A stretch of 64,000 nucleotides of DNA from Sulfolobales archaeon (lineage in GTDB: Archaea > Thermoproteota > Thermoprotei_A > Sulfolobales > AG1), in assembly GCA_038867615.1 (NCBI GenBank), contig JAWBYA010000001.1, positions 160,001-224,000 on the forward strand. The letters are read 5' to 3'. The position numbers and the translations under genes are program-made. The notes beneath the pieces were generated by a model, which was not told the origin of the DNA, ran no database searches, and saw only the letters and a list, made by a program, of their open reading frames with translations. Each line of letters starts with the position of its first letter. The first letter of the stretch is position 1. Shown piece after piece: positions 50,243-60,226 of this stretch.

Positions 50243-51301
50243 CTAGGTCGCAGGTCTTACTCTCAGTGTGAAGGGCTTATTCATGCTCCCCTCATACTCT
50301 ATAGAGACGCCGCTGACTAGTTTCTTCGAAATCTCTATTATTGTGTATGCGTGAAGGGTTAGGGAGGCGCAGGTAACCTCGCTGGGGCCTCTTGCTAGGA
50401 GGAGGTATGGTACTATCATATCCGACATATGGGTGTCTAGCGATGCTCCCGTCAATAGATCGTTGGCTAGTCTTGACGCAGCCTCGATCCCCACATCCTC
50501 AGCCCTCTTATCCCTAGCACCGATGCTGTCAGCACCAAGCCTTGTGTTCTGTGAATCCGCCCATATAGCTATCCCTGATCCCTGCCCTATATGTGGATCC
50601 CTATCTGGCGGGTAGCTCTCAATCTCAATCTCTATGGGGACATTTATCCCCAGGGTTGCTAACCTCTCCTTAGCAGCTCTAGCTTGTCTCTCGGCAACAT
50701 GGCGTGGGAGTCTCACGGCATGGCTGATACCCCTTATAGATACTATGCCTCCTCTCTCGCTTAGAGAGAGGGGTTTGAAACCCTTTGGGGGATCGTTTAT
50801 CCTGGCAATAACCTCTCCCCCTCCTCTCGGGTAATGTCCTCTCCTCACAAGCTCCAGCTCAACCTTGTAGCCTATTTTCGAGAGGTGGTATAGGAAGACG
50901 TTTTTGAAGTAATCATAGGTAGGGCTCCAGGGGACATCGGTACCCCCTCTGATCCTTAGCTCAACCTGCCTTTCAGAGAATGCTGCTACAAGCAATAGGC
51001 TTTGGAGAACCAGGGTTACAGATCCTGCTGTTCCTATGTCGAAGAAAAAGGATCCCCCTGTTACGCCTTGCGGCTCGAACTCCACTTCTGTGGATCCTAG
51101 GACAGCACCTCTAACCCTCGCCCTAGAGATCTCTGCAAGCGCCTTCACCACTGTTAAATGCTGTCTCTGGAGTCCTGGGTTCTCCCTCCTAGCCCTTATA
51201 TTGACAATCCTTACAGGCTTTCTAAGGACGGCTGCTAGTGCGAGGGTGTATCTCAGTATCTGGCCTCCGCCCTCCCCAAAGCTACCATCTATAAGGATCA
51301 T
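50243..51301 (-). CDS. rtcA: RNA 3'-terminal phosphate cyclase
   Basis: IDGSFGEGGGQILR, PGLQRQH, GGTDVPWSP, RGHYPRGGG, DTHMSD. Confidence 0.96.
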   Translation of the reverse strand: MILIDGSFGEGGGQILRYTLALAAVLRKPVRIVNIRARRENPGLQRQHLTVVKALAEISRARVRGAVLGSTEVEFEPQGVTGGSFFFDIGTAGSVTLVLQSLLLVAAFSERQVELRIRGGTDVPWSPTYDYFKNVFLYHLSKIGYKVELELVRRGHYPRGGGEVIARINDPPKGFKPLSLSERGGIVSIRGISHAVRLPRHVAERQARAAKERLATLGINVPIEIEIESYPPDRDPHIGQGSGIAIWADSQNTRLGADSIGARDKRAEDVGIEAASRLANDLLTGASLDTHMSDMIVPYLLLARGPSEVTCASLTLHAYTIIEISKKLVSGVSIEYEGSMNKPFTLRVRPAT

Positions 51302-51303
51302 GG

Positions 51304-51837
51304 TTAGTCACCGCCGAGGAGGCTTCTTATCCTCTCAACACCGTCTATAGAGTCTATTATCTCGGCAACTACGGGGGGTACGAGTTTCCTCCAATTCTCA
51401 TCACCGCTCATGATCATCTTCCTGATCTTGGTGGAGCTATAAACCCCCCTCTCGAAGGCAGGGGGTATGAGAACACCGAACCCTGCTTCCTTGAAGAGTC
51501 TCACCACCAGAGGGTTTCTAGAGACTCCTGCCTCGAAGGGTGGTGTGAATAGCTTTAGGTAGTGGGGCCAGACAGAGTTCATGAGAATATCTGGTACAGG
51601 TATTATATATATTTTCTCCATGTCCACCTTACCCCATCTTAGTGCCTCCTTTATCATCAAGATCCTCTCCCCCGCTGTGAAGGGATTCACTATGGTATGG
51701 CTCTCCTGGGCTGTGCCTATAACTATTATTAGCTCCTCAACGTGCTCCAAAGCCCACTTAACAACCTCTAGATGCCCGGTATGGAATGGCTGGAATCTCC
51801 CGGGGAACACTGCTCTCTTATAGTTCCTTATCGTCAT
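51304..51837 (-). CDS. nadM: Nicotinamide-nucleotide adenylyltransferase
   Basis: [31 protein letters not shown]. Confidence 0.94.
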   Translation of the reverse strand: MTIRNYKRAVFPGRFQPFHTGHLEVVKWALEHVEELIIVIGTAQESHTIVNPFTAGERILMIKEALRWGKVDMEKIYIIPVPDILMNSVWPHYLKLFTPPFEAGVSRNPLVVRLFKEAGFGVLIPPAFERGVYSSTKIRKMIMSGDENWRKLVPPVVAEIIDSIDGVERIRSLLGGD

Positions 51838-52664
51838 ACTATCGCCTCTATGGTTAGCTCATCACCCCTCTTAAGCCCTGTAAGCCTTGATAGAGACCCC
51901 ATGTAGACACCGACCTCGAGGAAACCAAGGCTGCCTCTATAGACAACCATCTCTCCTGGTCTTGCAAGGCTAAAGCTCTCCTTATATATAGCCCTATAGC
52001 TCTCGCCAGACCTAGCCCTTATAGTAACCCTAGACCCCATGGCAATTCCCGCTGCTTTCTCAAACTCCTCATAGGTGCAGCTGGTTATAAGGTTGCCGAA
52101 TCTATCCACATGTATAACCCTAGTCTTAACCCTCCCCTTATCCTTGATACATACAAACTCTATCGGTGATCCTACGAGCTCCTCAACACTGATCGGTGTT
52201 CCAAGCCTCTCTAGAGGAGTACCCCTCGCTATGTGTGCAGCTATGGGGGCGAATATATCTCTTCCATGGAAGGTACCCGATACTGGTTTTCTATAATAAT
52301 ACTCCTCCCTATCGAGGTTGACCACAAGCTCTATACCATCCCTCTTAGCTGCTGGTAGGAGAACCCCATTATCAGGTCCGACGAAGTAGTAGTTCCTCGT
52401 GGCTATTGCTATGGGTTTTCTTGAAGAACCAACGCCTGGGTCTACTACTGCTACGTGGACAGCACCTTCTGGGAATTCTTTGTAGGATGCTGCTAGTATA
52501 TAGGATGCTCCTGCTATGTCGAAAGGCTCTATCTCGTGAACAAGGTCGATAACTATTGCTGATGGGGCTATGGTGCTGATAACCCCTTTCAAGATCCCTA
52601 CATAGGGATCTCTAATTCCATAGTCTGTCGTTAGTGTTATATACCCACTAGGTTTCCTCACCAC
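51834..52664 (-). CDS. SAM hydroxide adenosyltransferase (DUF62)
   Basis: [36 protein letters not shown]. Confidence 0.93.
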   Translation of the reverse strand: MVRKPSGYITLTTDYGIRDPYVGILKGVISTIAPSAIVIDLVHEIEPFDIAGASYILAASYKEFPEGAVHVAVVDPGVGSSRKPIAIATRNYYFVGPDNGVLLPAAKRDGIELVVNLDREEYYYRKPVSGTFHGRDIFAPIAAHIARGTPLERLGTPISVEELVGSPIEFVCIKDKGRVKTRVIHVDRFGNLITSCTYEEFEKAAGIAMGSRVTIRARSGESYRAIYKESFSLARPGEMVVYRGSLGFLEVGVYMGSLSRLTGLKRGDELTIEAIV

Positions 52665-53202
52665 CCCTCCCCTCGAGCCAGAGTTCTAGGTATGATTTAA
52701 CAATATGGTTCCCAGTGATCCCTATGAGGCTCTTAAACTTCTTAATCCTCTCGAGAAACTCTTCGGGGGAGCTTACACCCTCAACCTCGATCTCGACGAA
52801 CCTTCCTACGGCTTCAACATCGTCCAGGAAGATCTTGTACACGCCGAGCCTATAGATCTTTCTCCTCTTTCTAATAATATGGCTCTTGAACCCGAGTCTT
52901 CTAAAGATCTCGACAAGCCCTCTTGGATCCCTCACCTCGACTGTGATCTCATCCCTGGCCTTGAGATCCCTCCTGATCTTCGGGCCTTTATATGTTATCT
53001 CACCCCTCCTGCTCCTGCTACCCTCAGAGATCCTCACCCTCAGAGCCTCATCCCTCTCTCTAAGCTTGATACACGGATAGAGATCTATATAGTGATCCTC
53101 CTCAAATACCTCCTCCTCATAAACAGCGCCTAGTGATCTAAGAGCCCTCTCTATATCGCTGTGATCCTTGACCTCAAACTTAGCCTCATACTCCATAACC
53201 AT
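52648..53202 (-). CDS. cyaB: CYTH-domain protein (class IV adenylate cyclase-like)
   Basis: EYEAKF, DEALRVR, TYKGPK, FVEIE, SYLEL; start trimmed to ATG 53202. Confidence 0.9.
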   Translation of the reverse strand: MVMEYEAKFEVKDHSDIERALRSLGAVYEEEVFEEDHYIDLYPCIKLRERDEALRVRISEGSRSRRGEITYKGPKIRRDLKARDEITVEVRDPRGLVEIFRRLGFKSHIIRKRRKIYRLGVYKIFLDDVEAVGRFVEIEVEGVSSPEEFLERIKKFKSLIGITGNHIVKSYLELWLEGRGGEET

Positions 53203-53452
53203 CTCTCCAGCCCCAGGATTCAATAGATAATCTAGAGTAATAACCAAAACACTGTATAAACATAACCAAAACTGTTCTGCCACTATTTAGGATTTCACAT
53301 AGGTTTAAGGATTGATATTAGTTCTTAGGATCTAGCTCACTATATCGCGTGCTCTGAAATACAAGCTATAGGGATCGCCTATCCATAACATATTTCATAA
53401 AAACCCAAGCAGTCAGATCGAGAGCCGGGATTAGAAGGCTTCCTCATAGTGG

Positions 53453-53752
53453 GCTGTTTTCTTTTGATATATATAAGGAGGATTAGTAGGTTTTGGAAAT
53501 TTTCATGGATATAGGGGCAATGCCTGTGGGCTGCTTTCCTGCTAACACCCAGGGGTATTTATAGTCCTTGAAATGTATTGCCCCCAGTGTGGATCTTTCC
53601 CCACAAGCCCTAGATGGGAGCCGCGGCCGTTTGGCTCGACGGTCGCCCATGACCCCGCAGGATTAGAGATCCGAGATCCTGAGGGTGGAGGCGAAAACCC
53701 CTGGATGTGACCATGAATAAAATGAGTGGAATGAGCATCCGGGGACAAACGG
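53453..53752 (+). mobile_element. Non-autonomous IS607-like mini-element, subfamily B copy 2
   Basis: 300 bp, GG|GCT...AAACGG; ends homologous to 9361-9660; TGTGG..CCACA hairpin and GGGTGGAGGC shared with subfamily A. Confidence 0.65.
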
Positions 53753-53919
53753 TTATCATGAAGAGGTTGGTGTCCATGAAGCTAAGGACTGGATAGCTAG
53801 TATAGGTGATATCAATCTCTATGAGGTTCGAACCTCGATACATAAGCCAGTTCCTCTGGTCATGCTTGGTTGCTGGAGATAAGCTCTTCAGCGCTTAGTA
53901 GTAGTGATAGTGGGTATAG

Positions 53920-54996
53920 ATGCATATCGAGGCTGTGGATGAGGATAAGGGGTATCTGAGGGTTAAGGTTGAGAGTGAGGATGATCTGTGGCTCTTATCC
54001 CTCTTGGTTGAGGAGGGGGATGTTGTAGCTTCGAGAACGTCGAGGGATGTTAGGATCGAGGGGTCGGAGAAGAGAAGGATCCCTATGACTCTTGCTGTGA
54101 GGGTTCAGGGTATAGAGTTCCAGCCATTCTCGGGAAGGCTTAGGATCAAGGGTGTCATTGTTGAGGGGCCCGAGGAGTATGGATTGAGGGGGTCTCACCA
54201 TACACTCTCTATAGATGTTGGCATGAGTGTGGATATTATTAAGAAGGAGGGGAGGGTGGATCTGAAGCTTGTTGAGAAGATCCTGAAGCTTTCTAGAAGG
54301 GGTAGGGGGTTGATAGTAGCGGTGGATCATGATGAGTATGCTGTCGCCCTTCTACAGAGCCAGGGGCTGAGATATATTAGGGAGGGCTATATGCAGCCTC
54401 CCAGTAAGAGGGATCCCAGGGCTTATGATGCGTATGAGAAGAGCTTATCAGAGCTTGTAGAAACTATCAAGAGGATCCTAGAGGAATACGGGGTATCGAT
54501 AGTAGCCATAGGATCCCCTGGCGCCATAGCGGAGGAGATAGCTAGGCTGATAAGAAACGCAATGCCGAGGGTTAAGGTTATCACCGACAGTGTGTCTATG
54601 GGGGGTAGGGCTGGTGTTGAGGAGATGCTTAGGAGGGGCACCATATCCAAGATCCTCAGTGAGCAAGCCGCTATAGAGGCTGAGGAGATCCTTAGAAACT
54701 ATATCGAGACCCTTAGCAGAGAGCCTGAGAGGGTTGTTGTTGGTTTGGAGATGATACACAAGGCTGCTGGAATGAATGCTGTTAAGAAAGCCGCTATACT
54801 TGAGAGCCTGTTAAAAGGGGATAGAGCTACGAGGGAGATTGTTAACGAGATCCTCGCACTCTCTATAGAGAAAGGCTATGACGTGATAATAGTCCCCACA
54901 GAGAGCCCGGCTGGGGAGAGGCTTAGAATGATGGGGGGTGCGATAGCTATTCTCAGATACAGCCTACCCTCATCATTTATAGAGAATAACAACTAA
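53920..54996 (+). CDS. pelA: mRNA surveillance protein pelota
   Basis: ESEDDLWLL, FQPFSGRLRIKG, GSHHTL, GGAIAILRY. Confidence 0.95.
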   Translation: MHIEAVDEDKGYLRVKVESEDDLWLLSLLVEEGDVVASRTSRDVRIEGSEKRRIPMTLAVRVQGIEFQPFSGRLRIKGVIVEGPEEYGLRGSHHTLSIDVGMSVDIIKKEGRVDLKLVEKILKLSRRGRGLIVAVDHDEYAVALLQSQGLRYIREGYMQPPSKRDPRAYDAYEKSLSELVETIKRILEEYGVSIVAIGSPGAIAEEIARLIRNAMPRVKVITDSVSMGGRAGVEEMLRRGTISKILSEQAAIEAEEILRNYIETLSREPERVVVGLEMIHKAAGMNAVKKAAILESLLKGDRATREIVNEILALSIEKGYDVIIVPTESPAGERLRMMGGAIAILRYSLPSSFIENNN

Positions 54997-55246
54997 TCCT
55001 CTCTATATGCGATACTAATAGGCTTTGGTTTGGTTGTTGTTTACTTAAAAAAGATCCATAGATCCGGTCTTATAGCTATGGTTTGCACCACTTGAAAGGC
55101 TATAGGAAATCCACAGTCCTGCAATGATAAGGATCACGTGTTCCCCGACTTCGGTAAAAGCCCGCAAAACCCCCAAGATAGAGAAACTTAAAGAAAATTT
55201 GGGACAAACAGTAAAGGGTATAAGTCTTGGTAAAATACTTTAATGG

Positions 55247-56410
55247 TTGGACGAATTGTCGAAAATAGCCTTAGTCGGGATGGGTTATACCGGCTTTACA
55301 AGATCTAGCGAGCATCTATCCTTCAGGGAGATGGTTTACCAAGCGGCTGTTAAGGCTTACAACGACGCTGGAGGGATCGATCCCAGAAGGGATGTTGACG
55401 CATTCATATCATGCCAAGAGGACTTCTGGGAAGGGGTCTCGATCGCGGATGAATTCGCACCCGACCAGCTCGGAGGGGTTTTAAAACCCGTATATACCGT
55501 TACTGGAGACGGTCTCCACTGTGTGGCTAACGCTTACATGATGATAAGATCCGGGGTTGCTGATATAGTGGTTGTTGAATCCCATGGAAAGCCTAGCGAG
55601 ATAATAAGTATGAGCGATATAGTATGGTTCTCTACAGATCCCATCTATGTCAGACCACTCAAGATACCCAACCCCCACGCGCTCCAAGCCCTTGAGGCGA
55701 GGGTCTATATGAGGTCTAGGGGGCTTAGAAGGGAGGATCTAGGGTTATATGTTGTTCAAAGCCTTGGCAACGCGTTGCTAAGCGATAGGGCTCCTTATGC
55801 TGCTAAGCTGGATCTTGATGGGTATCTTGAAGCAGAATATGTGGTGGATCCTCTTACAGCATATGATATAGCTGGGTATAGCGATGCAGCCATAGTTGCT
55901 GTGGTGGCTAGCGAGGAGATTGCTAGGAAGCTCACAGACCAGCCGCTGTGGATCGATGGTGTTGGGTGGGCAACAGAGATCTCAACGATATCTATGAGAT
56001 CCATGGAGGAGGATATTGCAACAAAGCTCGCAGCAAGAATGGCTTATGACCAGGCTAATATTAAGGATCCCGGGAGGGAGTTCGACTTCGCAGAGGTTGA
56101 TGAGAGATATAGTTATAAAGCTATTCAGGCTATCGAGGCTCTAGGGCTGGCTAGGATGGATACAATCGCATCTGACCTCAGAGGCGGTTCTTTCTCAAGA
56201 TCTGGAAGCCTTCCAGTAAACCCATCAGGAGGAGCTCTAGGCGAGGGGGTTCCTCTAGAGGCACACGGTCTTGCGAGACTGTTATCGGCTTATGAACAGC
56301 TTAGGGGAAGAGCTGGGAGGGCACAGCTGAGCGGTGCTGAGAAAGCCGTTGTCCATGGATGGAGGGGTTTGGGGACGTCTAGCTCTATTGTTCTCGTCCT
56401 ATCGAGGTGA
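55247..56410 (+). CDS. Thiolase-fold (SCP2-thiolase-like) protein 1
   Basis: VGMGYT, DAA..V, FDFAEV, VNPSGG, QLRGRAGRAQ. Confidence 0.88.
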   Translation: MDELSKIALVGMGYTGFTRSSEHLSFREMVYQAAVKAYNDAGGIDPRRDVDAFISCQEDFWEGVSIADEFAPDQLGGVLKPVYTVTGDGLHCVANAYMMIRSGVADIVVVESHGKPSEIISMSDIVWFSTDPIYVRPLKIPNPHALQALEARVYMRSRGLRREDLGLYVVQSLGNALLSDRAPYAAKLDLDGYLEAEYVVDPLTAYDIAGYSDAAIVAVVASEEIARKLTDQPLWIDGVGWATEISTISMRSMEEDIATKLAARMAYDQANIKDPGREFDFAEVDERYSYKAIQAIEALGLARMDTIASDLRGGSFSRSGSLPVNPSGGALGEGVPLEAHGLARLLSAYEQLRGRAGRAQLSGAEKAVVHGWRGLGTSSSIVLVLSR

Positions 56411-57597
56411 TCGGGATGAAGACGAACGTGTATGTTAAGAAAAGAGTCGCAGTGGTTGGTGCAGGGCTAACCCTGTTTAGGAGGAGGATGCTCGAGACCC
56501 CGCAGGAGCTGGCATGGATAGCCGCTAAAAGAGCCCTTGACCAGGCTGGGCTAGAGCTAAAAGATATAGATTGCATTGTGAGCGGGAGTGCTCCAGACGC
56601 TTTCGATGGTGTGCATCTAAAGGGAGAGTATTACTCCGAAGGGGCTGGGGCTATTGGGAAGCCCCATCTCAGGGTCTATGTTGGCGGGGGAACCGGGGTT
56701 TTCGTACCAATAGCAGCTTGGTGGCATGTTGCTTCCGGTCTCTGTAGAAGGGTTCTTGTGGTTGCTGAGGAGAAGATGAGCAGTGCTGCAGATCCCCATC
56801 CACAGGCTGTTTTCAGACATATATGGGATCCTATTACTGAGAAGCCCCTTAACCCCAACCTCATCTGGATCTTCGCTTTAGAGATGCATAGGTATATGCA
56901 TAAATGCAGGGTCTCCAAGGAGGATATAGCCCTAGTATCTGTGAAGAATAAGAGAAACGCTCTCGACAACCCATACGCACAGGCGGCTGCTAACATAACT
57001 GTTGAGGATGTCCTTAAGAGCGAGCTCCTCGTATACCCCGTCAACAGGCTCGATATCTCCCCCGTAAGTGATGGTGCAGCCGCACTCGTAATGGTTTCCG
57101 AGGAGTGGGCTAGAAGGCTTACGGACACACCTATATGGGTTGATGGGATAGGCTATACGCTTGACACATCTTACTGGACAAATAGAGAGCTCTCCTTCCC
57201 TGTATATCTGAAGAACGCGGCTGAGATGGCGTATAAGATGGCTGGTATTGAGAGGCCTATGAAGGAGATAGATGTTGCAGAGCCCTACGATCCCTTCGAC
57301 TATAAGGAGCTCCACCACCTAGAAGGGCTCGGACTAGCCCCTAGATGTGGTGCTGCTGAAATGACCAGAGAGGGCGTTACACAGAGGGATGGGGATCTGC
57401 CTGTATGCCCGAGCGGTGGTCTCTTAGGTGTTGGGAACCCCATAGCTGCTGCAGGGCTTATGAAGACTGCTGAGATATTCTGGCAGCTGAGGGGCGAGGC
57501 TGGGAAGAGGCAGGTTAGGAAAGACGCTGTTACAGGATTAGCACAGGCTTGGGGTGATCTAATGCAGGTTGGTACCGTGGTTATAATGAGGAGGTGA
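56407..57597 (+). CDS. Thiolase-fold (SCP2-thiolase-like) protein 2
   Basis: VVGAG, EEKMS, KN..NA..NPYA, SPVSDGAAA, PSGGLL, QLRGEAGKRQ. Confidence 0.9.
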   Translation: MIGMKTNVYVKKRVAVVGAGLTLFRRRMLETPQELAWIAAKRALDQAGLELKDIDCIVSGSAPDAFDGVHLKGEYYSEGAGAIGKPHLRVYVGGGTGVFVPIAAWWHVASGLCRRVLVVAEEKMSSAADPHPQAVFRHIWDPITEKPLNPNLIWIFALEMHRYMHKCRVSKEDIALVSVKNKRNALDNPYAQAAANITVEDVLKSELLVYPVNRLDISPVSDGAAALVMVSEEWARRLTDTPIWVDGIGYTLDTSYWTNRELSFPVYLKNAAEMAYKMAGIERPMKEIDVAEPYDPFDYKELHHLEGLGLAPRCGAAEMTREGVTQRDGDLPVCPSGGLLGVGNPIAAAGLMKTAEIFWQLRGEAGKRQVRKDAVTGLAQAWGDLMQVGTVVIMRR

Positions 57598-58133
57598 TCA
57601 CCATGGGGGTCAGCATAAGGGGCGGGACACCGCTTAGAGATGAGGAGTTCAGGGCTGTGATAAAGGAGATAGACTCGCCGAGGGCTAGGTATAGCATGGC
57701 TGCTGGTATAGCATATAGCAGGTTTCTCGAGGGGCTTAAGAGGGGCGAGATCCTTGGGACATATTGTCCAAGCTGTAGGCTTGTCCACATACCCCCAAAG
57801 ATCTACTGTCCATATTGCTTCAAACACCTAACAAGATGGGTCAGGGCTAGTGATGAGGGTAGGGTTGTCACGGCAGTGGTCAGCTATCTCTCGGCCACGC
57901 TTGAGACTCTCGAGAAACCAGAGATCGTCGGGATCATTAGGCTCGATGTGCCTGGGCATAGGTTCTCAAGCTATAGGTTCCCGGGGATCCTTCACAGGAT
58001 CTGTGGGGCTAGTGAGGATGATGTTAAGACCCAGAGGATCTTTGATGCAAGGGTTAAGGCTAGATGGCTACCGGAGGATAAGAGGACAGGGTCTATGAAT
58101 GATATAGAGTGCTTCGAGGTGATCTGGGGTTGA
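57594..58133 (+). CDS. DUF35 Zn-ribbon/OB-fold protein
   Basis: CPSC...PPKIYCPYC followed by OB fold. Confidence 0.9.
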   Translation: MITMGVSIRGGTPLRDEEFRAVIKEIDSPRARYSMAAGIAYSRFLEGLKRGEILGTYCPSCRLVHIPPKIYCPYCFKHLTRWVRASDEGRVVTAVVSYLSATLETLEKPEIVGIIRLDVPGHRFSSYRFPGILHRICGASEDDVKTQRIFDARVKARWLPEDKRTGSMNDIECFEVIWG

Positions 58134-58573
58134 GGGATGTGAAGCCACAGATTAGAGAGATAGAGATGGAGATAAAAGCTTACCACTACACACCAGGGCC
58201 TCTTGGGTTGAGATGGCTTGAGGGTCTTAAGAAGGGAATCATAATGGCTGCTAAGTGTAAGAAGTGTGGTTATGTATTTATACCCCCAAAGATCTATTGC
58301 CCCAAATGCTTCTCAGAAGTAGAGGATCTAGTCGAGCTTAGAGAAAAGCCGTATCTAGCAAGCTATACAATAATATATAGGGACTTTAACGGAGAGAGGC
58401 TAAGCACCCCAGTGATAGTCGGTCTGGTCAGGTTCAAAGGAGTTGATGGGGGATTGATACACTATATAGAAGGATCTGTGGAGAGGCTGGCTATAGGGGC
58501 TTCTTTAGAGCCTGTTTTCAGGAGTGAGAGGAGAGGCTCTATAACAGATATAGAGCATTTCAGACTCGTATAG
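58109..58573 (+). CDS. DUF35 Zn-ribbon/OB-fold protein
   Basis: CKKC...PPKIYCPKC, RRGSITDI. Confidence 0.9.
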   Translation: MLRGDLGLRDVKPQIREIEMEIKAYHYTPGPLGLRWLEGLKKGIIMAAKCKKCGYVFIPPKIYCPKCFSEVEDLVELREKPYLASYTIIYRDFNGERLSTPVIVGLVRFKGVDGGLIHYIEGSVERLAIGASLEPVFRSERRGSITDIEHFRLV

Positions 58574-58841
58574 CTGTATAGCTAGGAGGGTCTTTTTGGC
58601 GTCTCAATTTGCTTCTCCATTATTGAGACTTTTTACATTAATAACTAGCCGCATTCCCTTCTGAAGAACCATTGTTGGATCGCGATTCTTTCTTGCTGTG
58701 ATGCGTGTTTGTAATCCTGTGGTGGAGAGGCCTTAATATTGGGTATAGAGTTGTATGCTGGATTCTTCATGCCCGGTAGGGGGTCTGAGTTCCGCTGTCT
58801 TGGGATTTAAGATTTAATGTACAGCGCTATAATGATCTCTC

Positions 58842-59633
58842 TCAGAGTGCCTGTATGGTTATTGCCAGGCCCATGATGATTGTGAAAATCCCCATGGCTA
58901 GTGTGAACATAGATCTGTATTTTGAGGCTAGCCTCAGAAGGATCCCTATGGATATATAGCCAACGAGTGCTGATACTGCGAGAGCCTGTATAACGCCTCC
59001 AGGCGAGATAATATTGATTGTTTCTCTATCGAGCACGGCTACAGTTGCGAGAGCCCCTAGACTAGCTGGGATTGATGCTATGAAGCTCAGTCTGAGGGCG
59101 TCGTCAACCCTGTATCCTAGATATAGTAGGGCTGTTATTGTGATTCCGGATCTACTTACGCCGGGTAGGCTTGCGATTCCTTGGAATACACCGAATATAA
59201 TGGAATCTCTGAGACCGATTTCGCTCGCCCTCTTACTAGTGTTGCTGATCTTGCTGGGTTTTCTTGATAGCAGGGCTTGTGCTATGAGGGCAAGCCCTAT
59301 GATCAGCATTGGTATCCCCGGATCTATAGATCCCTCAAGCAGCTTTCTAGCAGCGAGATAGAGGGGAACGCCTACGAGACCTGTAACTATGGTTGATATT
59401 AATAAGAACCTGAGAAGCCATTTATCTCTAAAAACCCTTACAAGAGATCTCCAGAAATACAGGGTTGACGATGCCACAGTACCGCCTTGGAGTGCTAAGC
59501 CTATATCATATGATGCTGCTAACGAGTATCCAAAAACATATGCTGATAGTAATAGAAGCACTGTCTTACTCGATATAGGAAGCCACTCGGTTATCCCCTG
59601 CACGATGCCTAGTAAGATATATTGAAGATCCAT
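58842..59633 (-). CDS. uppP: Undecaprenyl-diphosphate phosphatase (UppP/BacA family)
   Basis: GIVQGITEWLPISS, LPGVSRSG; start trimmed to ATG 59633. Confidence 0.92.
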   Translation of the reverse strand: MDLQYILLGIVQGITEWLPISSKTVLLLLSAYVFGYSLAASYDIGLALQGGTVASSTLYFWRSLVRVFRDKWLLRFLLISTIVTGLVGVPLYLAARKLLEGSIDPGIPMLIIGLALIAQALLSRKPSKISNTSKRASEIGLRDSIIFGVFQGIASLPGVSRSGITITALLYLGYRVDDALRLSFIASIPASLGALATVAVLDRETINIISPGGVIQALAVSALVGYISIGILLRLASKYRSMFTLAMGIFTIIMGLAITIQAL

Positions 59634-60226
59634 TTGACAGCCACCTAATCCATGTATGCCTTGAGTAGATAGGAAGCCGGAATATATATGCAATAGACCG
59701 TCTAGGTAACTAATATCCAGCATAAATGCTATACTGGAGATCAACCTGGATAGGAGCAGGCTGGTACTATTCCAAAGAGCCTAGGAGCGATGAATGATGG
59801 TAATATAAGGGAAAAATAGAGAAGATGTATTATGACGGGTTTTTGCATAGGTGATGGTAATTCTAGGTGGTTTCAGAATAGATATATTTATAGGGTTTAT
59901 AACAGTTGATGGGAAGGTTATACTATGATGAGATAGTAATAGATAGGTATGGTGGGAAAAGCTACCCACAAAGAGTCCTAGCATGTGTTTAGCGGGGGAG
60001 ACCATAAACATTATCGCCCGAGATTGCGTAGCTGTTTGAAAGACCGGGCTATGACTCCATATAGCGGGAAGGGGTAGTGTGGTTCTCGATACTTCTTCAC
60101 AGTCTCTGCAGTTTTGCTAGGCTTTCGCGATATAGTGCTTAGTAGTAAGTAATATTGTGGTATTAAAGGTAGTATTTATAAGATTTGTGAAATTAGATGA
60201 TATAGTAGATGTAGAAATGCTAGGGG

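Noticed and set aside
53573-53710. MYCPQCG (and CSRCG near 9462) as Zn-finger microproteins
   Set aside because: The TGTGG is part of the hairpin shared by all four elements; at most a tnpB Zn-finger relic
53823-53836. Palindrome GAGGTTCGAACCTC resembling a tRNA T arm
   Set aside because: No cloverleaf around it; isolated 14-mer
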